Assembly (NCBI RefSeq): GCF_025465255.1
Contig: NZ_JAODNI010000113.1
Location: 15-64,014 of the forward strand
Direction: 5' to 3'
Origin: Pseudonocardia sp.
GTDB taxonomy: Bacteria; Actinomycetota; Actinomycetes; Mycobacteriales; Pseudonocardiaceae
Length of the DNA: 64,000 nt
In this document: piece after piece, positions 19,640 through 27,443 of the stretch
How the letters are laid out: the number at the start of each line of letters is the position of its first letter
How positions within the stretch are numbered: the stretch's first letter is position 1
Program-made: the position numbers and the translations under genes
The notes under the pieces: model-generated
Told to the model about the DNA's origin: nothing
What the model saw: the letters and a program-made list of their open reading frames with translations, nothing else
Databases searched by the model: none

Positions 19640-20569
19640 ATGAGACGCACCCTGATCGCCCGCGTCGCCGCCGTCGCGGCGATCTCCGCGCTCGCGCTCA
19701 CCGCCTGCGGTGGCGGTGGCGGGAACCCGCTGTCCAGCGGCAGCACCGGCAGCGCCGCCCCCACGGACACCATCAAGATCGGCTCGGCGAACTTCACGGA
19801 GAGCCAGATCATCGCGGCGATCTACGGCCAGGCCCTGCAGGCCAAGGGCGTCAAGGTCGAGACGACGCCACCGATCGGCAGCCGCGAGGCCTACTACCCC
19901 GCCCTGCAGGACGGCTCGATCGACCTGATCCCGGAGTACACGGGCACGCTGCTGCAGTACATCAAGAAGGACGCCACCGAGACCGAGCCGGACGCCGTCT
20001 ACACCGCCCTCCAGAGCGCGCTCCCGCCGACGCTGACGGTGCTCCAGAAGTCCGCCGCCGAGGACCGGGACGCCGTGGTCGTCACGCGGGCCACCGCGAC
20101 GCAGTACAACCTCAAGACGATGGACGACCTGGCGCCGGCCTGCGGCCAGATGGTCTTCGGCGGCCCGCCGGAGTTCCAGACCCGTCCCGACGGCATCCCG
20201 GGCATCCAGAAGACCTACGGCTGCACGTTCAAGAGCTACCTGCCCCTCGACGCCGGCGGCCCGCTGACCGTCGCCGGGCTGAAGGACGGCAACGTCCAGG
20301 CCGCGGACATCTTCTCCACGGACGCGTCGATCAAGACGAACGACTTCGTCGTGCTGGACGACCCGAAGAGCAACTTCGCGGCGCAGAACGTCGTCCCGCT
20401 GATCACCAAGGCGAAGGCGACCCCGCAGGTCACCGAGGTGCTCGACGCGATCTCGGCCAAGCTCACCACGCAGGGCCTGACGGACCTCAACGCCGAGGCC
20501 GCGAGTGACGCCAAGCCCAGCGCGGAGACCGTCGCGAAGAACTGGCTGACGGCCAACGGCCTGGCCTGA
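19640..20569 (+). CDS. osmoprotectant ABC substrate-binding lipoprotein
   Basis: Lipobox LTAC; IGSANFTES...PEYTG. Confidence 0.9.
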   Translation: MRRTLIARVAAVAAISALALTACGGGGGNPLSSGSTGSAAPTDTIKIGSANFTESQIIAAIYGQALQAKGVKVETTPPIGSREAYYPALQDGSIDLIPEYTGTLLQYIKKDATETEPDAVYTALQSALPPTLTVLQKSAAEDRDAVVVTRATATQYNLKTMDDLAPACGQMVFGGPPEFQTRPDGIPGIQKTYGCTFKSYLPLDAGGPLTVAGLKDGNVQAADIFSTDASIKTNDFVVLDDPKSNFAAQNVVPLITKAKATPQVTEVLDAISAKLTTQGLTDLNAEAASDAKPSAETVAKNWLTANGLA

Positions 20570-20596
20570 CCCGCCCGGCCCTGATAGGTATCAGGG

Positions 20597-21406
20597 ATGA
20601 ATGACACCACGCCCGCGGGCTCCGTCACGTCGCTGCACCGCTACCCGGTGAAGTCGATGCTCGGGGAGCCGGTGGACGCGATCGTCGTCGACGCGCGCGG
20701 GGTGGCCGGGGACCGCCGCTTCGCGCTCGTCGACAGCGACACCGGCCGGGTCGCGACGGCCAAGCACCCGCGGCTGTGGCGCACGCTGCTGCAGTTCTCC
20801 GCCGTCTCGGCCGGGGCAGGCGCGCGGATCAGGTTCCCGGACGGGCACGTGCTCTCCGTCGACGAGGCGGACGACGAACTGTCCGCGCTGCTCGGCCGCA
20901 AGGTCCGGATGTCCGCCGAGCGGGCCGAGGGCGCGTCCGTCGAACGTCCGGACCCGGTGGACGTGCTGGTGGAGGGCGTGGACGCCGAGGTCGAGTACGG
21001 GGTCCTGGAGATCGCACAGGGCACGCCGGGCGGCGCGTTCGTGGACTACGCGCCGATCCACCTGATCACCACCGCGACCCTCGACGAGCTGGGCGTCGAG
21101 GCGCTGCGCTACCGCCCGAACGTCGTGGTGCAGACCCCGCCCGGTTACCCGCCCTTCGCGGAGAACGACTGGTGCGGGGCCGAGTTCACGATCGGCGACG
21201 TCCGGCTGCGCGGCACCCTGCCCACGCCGCGCTGCTCGGTGCCGACCCTGGAGCACGGGGACCTGCCGCGGGCCCCGCAGGCGGTGCGCCCGCTGCTGGA
21301 GCGCAACCGCGTGGACGTCCCGGGCTTCGGGGTGCTCCCGTGCGCCGGGGTGTACGCCGAGGTGCTGTCCGGGGGCACCATCCGGACCGGGGACGCGGTG
21401 GGCTGA
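20597..21406 (+). CDS. MOSC domain-containing protein
   Basis: LHRYPVKSMLGE...GDRRFAL...RYRPNVVV...PRCSVPT...GVYAEV...GTIRTGD. Confidence 0.9.
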   Translation: MNDTTPAGSVTSLHRYPVKSMLGEPVDAIVVDARGVAGDRRFALVDSDTGRVATAKHPRLWRTLLQFSAVSAGAGARIRFPDGHVLSVDEADDELSALLGRKVRMSAERAEGASVERPDPVDVLVEGVDAEVEYGVLEIAQGTPGGAFVDYAPIHLITTATLDELGVEALRYRPNVVVQTPPGYPPFAENDWCGAEFTIGDVRLRGTLPTPRCSVPTLEHGDLPRAPQAVRPLLERNRVDVPGFGVLPCAGVYAEVLSGGTIRTGDAVG

Positions 21407-21500
21407 GAGCGCCACCGAGCCCGGGCAGTCGCGGTGCTGGCCGCAAGGTCGATGGCGGACAACGTGAATCGCGTCCGGGTGACGTCGCCGCCCCTCTGCT

Positions 21501-21516
21501 TGTGAGCTGTCTCACC
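21501..21516. promoter_or_regulatory. CRP-like site upstream of the PadR gene
   Basis: TGTGA-GCTGTC-TCACC. Confidence 0.5.
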
Positions 21517-21571
21517 CGGTGGAAGTATCGACTCGGTCCGACGCACGTTCTCCAGCGAGAGGGCCAGGGGT

Positions 21572-21922
21572 ATGGCCGAGCTCGAACCGAGGAACTTCCT
21601 GCAACCCTGTCTGCTGCTGCTCCTGCGCGAGCGGCCCGATCACGGCTACGAACTCGCCAACCGGCTCCGTCCCATGCACGACGGAGCGGGGGACCCTGGT
21701 GGCGTGTACCGCGCGCTCCGGGGCCTGGAGAAGCTCGGCCTCGTCCGGTCCGAGTGGCAGACCTCCGCCACCGGCCCGGCGCGGCGGATCTACCACGTGA
21801 CCGGTGAGGGCGCCGCCATGCTCGACGGGCAGGCCAGAGGCCTGGAGAGCGTCCACGACGCGATCCACGTCTTCCTGGACCGCTACGCACGGGTCGCCGC
21901 GGTCGCGAGGCCCGTCGGGTAG
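21572..21922 (+). CDS. PadR family transcriptional regulator
   Basis: FLQPCLLLLLRERPDHGYEL...GGVYRALRGLE...GPARRIYHVT. Confidence 0.88.
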   Translation: MAELEPRNFLQPCLLLLLRERPDHGYELANRLRPMHDGAGDPGGVYRALRGLEKLGLVRSEWQTSATGPARRIYHVTGEGAAMLDGQARGLESVHDAIHVFLDRYARVAAVARPVG

Positions 21923-22098
21923 CCGGTCCGAGCGATAGGAATGGGTCCGCGGGGGTCCCGTGATCGGCACGTGTGCGGCGTCGAGGGCCTCCCGAGGTCA
22001 CCGGTCGGCCCCCTGAGCGGCGGTCTAAGGGTTCTCCCGGGGGCACGGGGGGTTTCTGCCGGATCCGGTGCGGGGGACCGGATCCTAGCGTTCCGGGC

Positions 22099-22521
22099 GT
22101 GGACACGACGGTCCCCGGCGCCACCGCAGGCGCGCCTCGTCCGGAGGCCCCGGACCACCCTCGGGCTGCTCAGGGCGCTGCTCACGGTGCACCTGCTCGC
22201 GGTGCTCGGTCAGCCGATCCTCGCGGGCCTGTTCCTCACCGGTCACGTCGACGCCATCGCGGTGCACGGGATCGTCGGCAGCGTGCTCGTGGTCTTCACG
22301 ATGCTGGTCGGCGTGGCCGCCCTGGCGTACGTGATGGTCGTGGGCGGCCGCTGGTGGGTGCTGGCGGCCGTCGTGCTGCTGTTCCTCGCCGAGGGCCTGC
22401 AGGTCGGGATGGGCTACGCCTGGTCCTGCAGGTGCACATCCCGCTCGGGGTGCTGATCGTCACCCTGTCGGTGCTCCTCGCGGGCTGGGTGTGGACGCCC
22501 TCCGCCGGACGTGCGGGGTGA
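22099..22521 (+). pseudogene. small multi-TM membrane protein gene with two compensating frameshifts
   Basis: GTG 22099 (TAGCGT -10 box 7 nt upstream) and the C-terminus LQVHIPLGVLIV... share a frame, but the hydrophobic core LLRALLTVHLLAVLGQPILAG...QVGMGYA is in another frame between about 22150 and 22420. Confidence 0.65.
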
Positions 22522-22703
22522 ACCTCCTGTCCCGGCGCGGGTTCCTCGGCGTCCTGGGCGCGACCGCGCTCGTCCCGGGCTGCGGCACCCTCGGCATCGA
22601 CACCTCGCACGGCCGGACCGGTGAGTCCCTGGCCGGCGTCGTGCACTGCCACAACCTCGAGCACGAGGACATGGCGATGAGGGCGACGATCCGGACCGTG
22701 TAA
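22518..22703 (+). pseudogene. multicopper oxidase remnant (large in-frame internal deletion)
   Basis: Tat signal LSRRGFLG...C joined directly to the C-terminal copper motif HCHNLEHEDMAM within 61 aa. Confidence 0.8.
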
Positions 22704-22811
22704 CCGCTCGGTGGCCCGTTGTCACTACCCCCGGACCGTATGGATTCGCCAGGTCGTGGCTGCCATCCTCGATCAGGCGATGAATTCGGGTCGGGAGGAG
22801 GTCCACCCCGC

Positions 22812-23372
22812 ATGGGCTTCACGGCCGTTCTCGCGATGGTCTCGGTCGGGCTCGGCGTGCTGCACCTGCTGCGAGTGGCCACCGCCCGGCGGGACGGGCG
22901 ATCGGTGCTCGGAGAGGCGTCGCACGCCGCGATGGGCCTGGGGATGGCGGCGATGTTCTCCCCGTTCGGGGACCCGCTTCCGTCGGTGGTGTGGCTCGCC
23001 GTCTTCGCCTCGACGGCCACGTGGTTCGGCCTGCGCTGGCTGCGCGCCGGTCCCCGGGCCGACGACGCGGCGCACCACGTCGTCGGCGGCGTGGCGATGC
23101 TGCTGATGCTCGCTCTCGGCGGGCACGAGCACACACATGCCGGCTCGGCGTGGGTGTCCCTCGTCGCGGTCGTGTTGGCGGGGTACTTCGGCTGGCACGT
23201 GCTCCGCTGCTCGGACCGCTTCGTCGCGGCGCGCCGGTCCCCGGTGCCCGCCGGTCACGCGGGCTGTCCCGCGCCGGGTGCGGGAGCGGGGCTCCGCTCC
23301 CCGCACGTCGGCGCGCTCGCCCATCTGGTGATGGCGGCGTCCATGGGCGTGATGTTCCTGGGCATGGTGTGA
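22812..23372 (+). CDS. His/Met-rich membrane protein (DUF5134-like)
   Basis: Recurring motifs SHAAMGLGMAAM, HHVVGGVAMLLM, AHLVMAASMGVM. Confidence 0.7.
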   Translation: MGFTAVLAMVSVGLGVLHLLRVATARRDGRSVLGEASHAAMGLGMAAMFSPFGDPLPSVVWLAVFASTATWFGLRWLRAGPRADDAAHHVVGGVAMLLMLALGGHEHTHAGSAWVSLVAVVLAGYFGWHVLRCSDRFVAARRSPVPAGHAGCPAPGAGAGLRSPHVGALAHLVMAASMGVMFLGMV

Positions 23373-23538
23373 CCGCCGGACGGCCTGGGTGTATCGATCC
23401 GGGGTCGGGCAGGCGTCCGCTGGCGGGGCCTCCGGCCGTGGGCGACGATGGGCGCTAGATTCCGCACGCGGCGTACACGCGCCGTTGCCCGGGGTAGCCG
23501 GGTTCGGGTACACGACAGGCGGAGGACGGCAGCGCGTC

Positions 23539-23799
23539 ATGGCGAGCATCGAAGAGGTCCGGTCCGGGATCGCGACGGCCAACGACAAGGCCTCGGAGAG
23601 CCTCGGCGCCCTGCAACAGGCGCAGAACTGCATCGAGCAGGCGCAGAGCGCGTTGCAGCAGGTCACCGAGGGCAGCAGCCAGGGTGACGTGGACCAGGCC
23701 AACGCCTACTACGCGGACGCCGCCAGCAAGATCGGTGACGTGCAGCAGGCCGTCAACGCCGCGATCGAGGCCGCCGAGGGCGTCGCGGCCCGGCTGTGA
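23539..23799 (+). CDS. small helical-hairpin protein, WXG100-like (86 aa)
   Basis: MASIEEVRSGIATANDKASESLGALQQAQ...TEGSSQGD...AEGVAARL; two amphipathic helices around a central turn; GGAGG RBS. Confidence 0.75.
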   Translation: MASIEEVRSGIATANDKASESLGALQQAQNCIEQAQSALQQVTEGSSQGDVDQANAYYADAASKIGDVQQAVNAAIEAAEGVAARL

Positions 23800-24050
23800 C
23801 CTCGTCCCTCGGTGACATCCGGCTCGCGCTCGCCGAGGTCGGTGAGCTGACGGCGGACGCGCGACGGCACGTGGACCTCGCCGCGGAATGCCTCGACGAG
23901 GCGGTGAGCACCCTCGCCGAGCTCGTCGAGCAGACCCACGAGGACCTGCCGGTCGACGCCCTCGCGCGTGCCCGGGACGACGTCGCCGAGGTGGGCGCGA
24001 GCGTCTCCGCCGCGGCGGACGCGATCGCCGATCTCGACGCACGGATGTAG
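23796..24050 (+). CDS. small acidic helical protein (84 aa)
   Basis: GTGA overlap with the upstream gene; heptad-like pattern; helix-turn-helix hairpin layout. Confidence 0.7.
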   Translation: MTSSLGDIRLALAEVGELTADARRHVDLAAECLDEAVSTLAELVEQTHEDLPVDALARARDDVAEVGASVSAAADAIADLDARM

Positions 24051-24052
24051 CG

Positions 24053-26770
24053 ATGGTGCCTCGTATGCCAGGTCTGGGGAGGCCCGGCCGGCGGGAACGC
24101 ATCACCGCCGCCTTCGACGAGTTCCGGGACGCGTGCGCGGCGGCGCTCGGGGCGGCGTCGCGGCTGCGGGCGGACGCCGTCCGCGCCCACGCCGGGACGA
24201 TGTTCGAGCTCTGGCTGCGCCGCGACGGCGTCGAGGCCGCGCGGGCGGACCCCGCGCTGGCGCCGGCGTTCGGCTCGCAGGTGCTGGCCGCCGCCGTGGA
24301 GCGTGCGGAGTCCGACCGGCGGAAGGCGTTCGACCCCTGGCTGGAGCACGGTCCGCGCCGGCTCGCGGACATCATGGCCGAGGCGGCGACCGGGCCGGCC
24401 GGGCAGGAGCCGCGGGAGTGGCTCGGCGCCGTCGGGAAGTACGAGGGCGTGCACGACCCGTACCCGCGGCTGTGGCGGATCGGGAGCGGCCGCCTCGACG
24501 TCGGGGAGGCGTTCCCCGTGGGCATCCCGCTGCTGGACGAGTCCCACCTGCGCATCGACTCCACGCACGAGACCCGCGGGGCCGCGGAGGCGCTCGTCGA
24601 GCAGGTGCTGCTGCGGGTGCTCTCGACCTTCCGGCCCGGGATGGTGAACGTCCACGTCTGGGACGTCGGCCAGTTCACCGGGGCGCTGCCCGGGCTCTAC
24701 CCGCTGACCCGCACCGGGCTGCTCACCGTGCACGACCCGGGCCGCCTCGGCGAGCTCCTCGACGAGCTGTCCGACCGGATCCGCAAGGTACACAGCCGGG
24801 TGCTCGTCGGCGGGTACCCGTCGCTGCGCGCGCACGCCCAGCACGAGGGCAAGCGCAGCGAACCGTGGGTCGTCGCGGTCCTCGCCGGCAACCGGCAGTC
24901 GCTGTCCGACGAGCATCACCGCCAGCTGCAGCGGGTGGCGCGCAGCGGCCTGGCGTGCGGGATCCAGCTCGTGCTGCTGGACGTCCCGATGACGGTCGGG
25001 GCGCCCGTCGAGTCCGTGCGGTTCACCCCGGACGGCGTCCGCTGCTCGATGACGGGCCCGAACGTCGCGGTCACGCCCGACCCGCCGCTGCCGCGCGGCG
25101 AGGTCACCGCGGCGTGCACCGAGATCGTGCGCGCCCACGAGGAGTGGCGGGCGCAGGTCAGTACGTTCGCGGACCTGTTGCCGCTGACCAGGGACTACCG
25201 GACGTCGTCGGCGGCCGGGGTGTATGCGCCGATCGGCTTCGCCGACGGCATGCCCGTCGAGATCGCCCTGGACGACGGTTCCCCGCACGCGTTGATCGGC
25301 GGCCCGAGCGGCTCCGGCAAGACGAACCTGCTGCTCGCCATGATCGGGTCGATGGCCGCCCGGTACGACCCCGACGAGCTCGAGTTCTACCTCCTGGACT
25401 TCAAGGAGGGCGTCTCGTTCGCGCAGTTCGCCCCGGGCCGGGCGGACGGGACCTGGCTGCCGCACGCCCGGCTCATCGGGATCAACATCAACACCGACCG
25501 GGAGTTCGGGCTCGCGCTGCTGCAGTTCCTGGCGGACGAGATGCGCCGCCGCGCAGATGCCGCGAAACGTCACGAGGTGACGAAGCTCGAGGAGCTGCGC
25601 GGGGTGGACGAGACCGGACGGTGGCCGCGGATCGTCGCCGTGATCGACGAGTTCCAGTACCTCTTCGCCGAGCGGGACCAGCTGACCAAGCAGGCGACCG
25701 CGCTGCTGGAGGACGTCGCCCGGCGCGGTCGCTCGCAGGGCATCCACCTGGTGCTGGCCAGCCAGGACGTGTCCGGGATCGAGGCCTTCTGGGGCCGTCC
25801 GGCGATCTTCGAGCAGTTCGTCCTGCGGATCGCGCTGCCGCGGGCCCGCCGGGTCCTCGCGAACCTCAACGACGCCGCGCTGTCCCTGCCGCGCTGGCAC
25901 GCGATCGTGAACCACGAGTCCGGGATGAAGCACGGCAACGAGATCGCGCGGATCCCGGACGCGAGCGCCCGCACCGAGATCGACGAGGTGCAGCACGAGA
26001 CCCACGCCTACTTCGCCCCGGGCCGGACGATGCCGCGGCTGTTCAACGGTTCCCGGGCCCCGTGGGTCGGCGACCTGCTCGACGTCCTGGGCCGCGAGGG
26101 CGGACCGCGGGCGCTGCTCGGTCAGGTGATCGACGTCGAGGGCAGCGCGGCGGCGGTCCGGCTGCCGGACACACCGGGCCGCAACGTCGCCGTGCTGGCG
26201 TCGGACGGGAACGAGGCGATGCGGGTGATGGGCGCGGCCGCGCAGTCGCTCGTGGCGACGGCTCCGCCGAACGCGACGTTCGTCGTCGCGTATCTGGTGG
26301 ACAACGGTGACGCGGTCCTCGATCGGCTCGGGGACCGGGCGGACCCGGTGGGACTCGACGAGATCCGGGAACGGGTCGAGTTGCTGGCCGAGGAGGTCGC
26401 GGCCCGGGCCGCCGGGAGCGACCGGCCGCCGCTGTACGTGCTGCTCCTCGGCGCGGACGCGGCGGACCCCCTGCTCGAACGGTCCGGCACCGAGGCGCTG
26501 CGGAGCGTCCTGCGGTTCGGGCCCGAGGTGGGCGTGCACGTGATCGGCTGGTGGCGCAGCGCCACGCGGCTGCGGTCCCTGCTGAGCATGTCCGCGAGCC
26601 CGGACGACGTCGGCGCGTGGATCGCCCTGGACGTCCAGGGCTCCGAGCTGACGCCGCTCGCGCCGGGGATGGGCCTGACCTGGGCGCCCCGCCCGGGCCG
26701 AGGACTGTTCTTCGACCGCGCGCAGCACTCGCGCCCGGAGGTCGTGCTGGTGCCGGAGGTGAAGCGGTGA
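24053..26770 (+). CDS. FtsK/SpoIIIE-domain ATPase, EccC/EssC-like, without TM helices
   Basis: PHALIGGPSGSGKT (Walker A), LLDFKEG, IVAVIDEFQ (Walker B), RGRSQGIHLVLASQ; flanking regions look like degenerate ATPase folds. Confidence 0.88.
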   Translation: MVPRMPGLGRPGRRERITAAFDEFRDACAAALGAASRLRADAVRAHAGTMFELWLRRDGVEAARADPALAPAFGSQVLAAAVERAESDRRKAFDPWLEHGPRRLADIMAEAATGPAGQEPREWLGAVGKYEGVHDPYPRLWRIGSGRLDVGEAFPVGIPLLDESHLRIDSTHETRGAAEALVEQVLLRVLSTFRPGMVNVHVWDVGQFTGALPGLYPLTRTGLLTVHDPGRLGELLDELSDRIRKVHSRVLVGGYPSLRAHAQHEGKRSEPWVVAVLAGNRQSLSDEHHRQLQRVARSGLACGIQLVLLDVPMTVGAPVESVRFTPDGVRCSMTGPNVAVTPDPPLPRGEVTAACTEIVRAHEEWRAQVSTFADLLPLTRDYRTSSAAGVYAPIGFADGMPVEIALDDGSPHALIGGPSGSGKTNLLLAMIGSMAARYDPDELEFYLLDFKEGVSFAQFAPGRADGTWLPHARLIGININTDREFGLALLQFLADEMRRRADAAKRHEVTKLEELRGVDETGRWPRIVAVIDEFQYLFAERDQLTKQATALLEDVARRGRSQGIHLVLASQDVSGIEAFWGRPAIFEQFVLRIALPRARRVLANLNDAALSLPRWHAIVNHESGMKHGNEIARIPDASARTEIDEVQHETHAYFAPGRTMPRLFNGSRAPWVGDLLDVLGREGGPRALLGQVIDVEGSAAAVRLPDTPGRNVAVLASDGNEAMRVMGAAAQSLVATAPPNATFVVAYLVDNGDAVLDRLGDRADPVGLDEIRERVELLAEEVAARAAGSDRPPLYVLLLGADAADPLLERSGTEALRSVLRFGPEVGVHVIGWWRSATRLRSLLSMSASPDDVGAWIALDVQGSELTPLAPGMGLTWAPRPGRGLFFDRAQHSRPEVVLVPEVKR

Positions 26771-27168
26771 GCGAGCCGATCGACCCGGCGCCTGCGCGCA
26801 GCGCGGAGCGCGACGACGCCGCGGCGCGGTACCGGGAGGTGACCGCGGGGATCGAGGCGGCCGTCGAGGAGATGCGGGCGAAGGACCGGGACCGGGCTCT
26901 GACGCTCGAACGCCGCCTCGGCGAGCTCGACGACGTCATGGCCCGGGCGGGGGAGCGCACGGCCCTGACCCGGTTCACCGTCGACCTGCACTGGGAGGCC
27001 GCGCTCGAGGCGCTGTGGGGGGAGTCCTGGATGACCCTGCGGACCTTCCCGGCCCCGGACGAGACGGCGGACCCGAACGAGCTGGACGCGCTGGACCAGC
27101 AGGTCGCGAGCAGGTTCGACGTGCTGCGGGACCTGGTCCGCCGCCGCGGCTTCGGCCTCCGCCGCTGA
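26767..27168 (+). CDS. hypothetical helical/coiled-coil protein (133 aa)
   Basis: GTGA overlap with the ATPase gene; GC-rich third positions; LHWEAALEALWGESWM. Confidence 0.7.
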   Translation: MSEPIDPAPARSAERDDAAARYREVTAGIEAAVEEMRAKDRDRALTLERRLGELDDVMARAGERTALTRFTVDLHWEAALEALWGESWMTLRTFPAPDETADPNELDALDQQVASRFDVLRDLVRRRGFGLRR

Positions 27169-27180
27169 CCCGTCTCCGGT

Positions 27181-27227
27181 GCTCGAGTGGCTCGAGCGTC
27201 AACCACCGCCGCTCGAGCCACTCGAGC
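27181..27227. repeat. 18-bp perfect inverted repeat between convergent genes (terminator/REP-like)
   Basis: GCTCGAGTGGCTCGAGCG-N11-CGCTCGAGCCACTCGAGC. Confidence 0.8.
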
Positions 27228-27260
27228 GGCGGCTAGCAGGCGGCGGGCTCCGACGTCCCG

Positions 27261-27434
27261 TCAGTCGTCCTCGTCGTCGCGCGCGAGGAAGGTCGCGAGG
27301 CGTTCCACCGCGTCCTCGAACGCGGGGTTCAGGTCGACGAACGTGCGGAGCCGGGCGGCCAGCCACTCCACGCTGACCGCCTCCTCCCCGCGCCGCTCGA
27401 CGAGCTCCTCGATGCCGCGGTCGGTGAAGTACAC
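27261..27434 (-). CDS. conserved small protein downstream of kgd (DUF6104-like, 57 aa)
   Basis: (M)YFTDRGIEELVERRGEEAVSVEWLAARLRTFVDLNPAFEDAVERLATFLARDDEDD; absent from the ORF track as a separate ORF. Confidence 0.85.
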   Translation of the reverse strand: MYFTDRGIEELVERRGEEAVSVEWLAARLRTFVDLNPAFEDAVERLATFLARDDEDD

Positions 27435-27443
27435 GCCGACGGC

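Noticed and set aside
24053..26770. Chromosomal FtsK or an AICE/plasmid TraB marking a mobile element
   Set aside because: No N-terminal TM region or recognisable gamma domain, and no integrase, Rep, excisionase or att-like repeats nearby.
27181..27227. CRISPR-like repeat
   Set aside because: A single inverted repeat with no repeat-spacer periodicity and no cas genes in the window.
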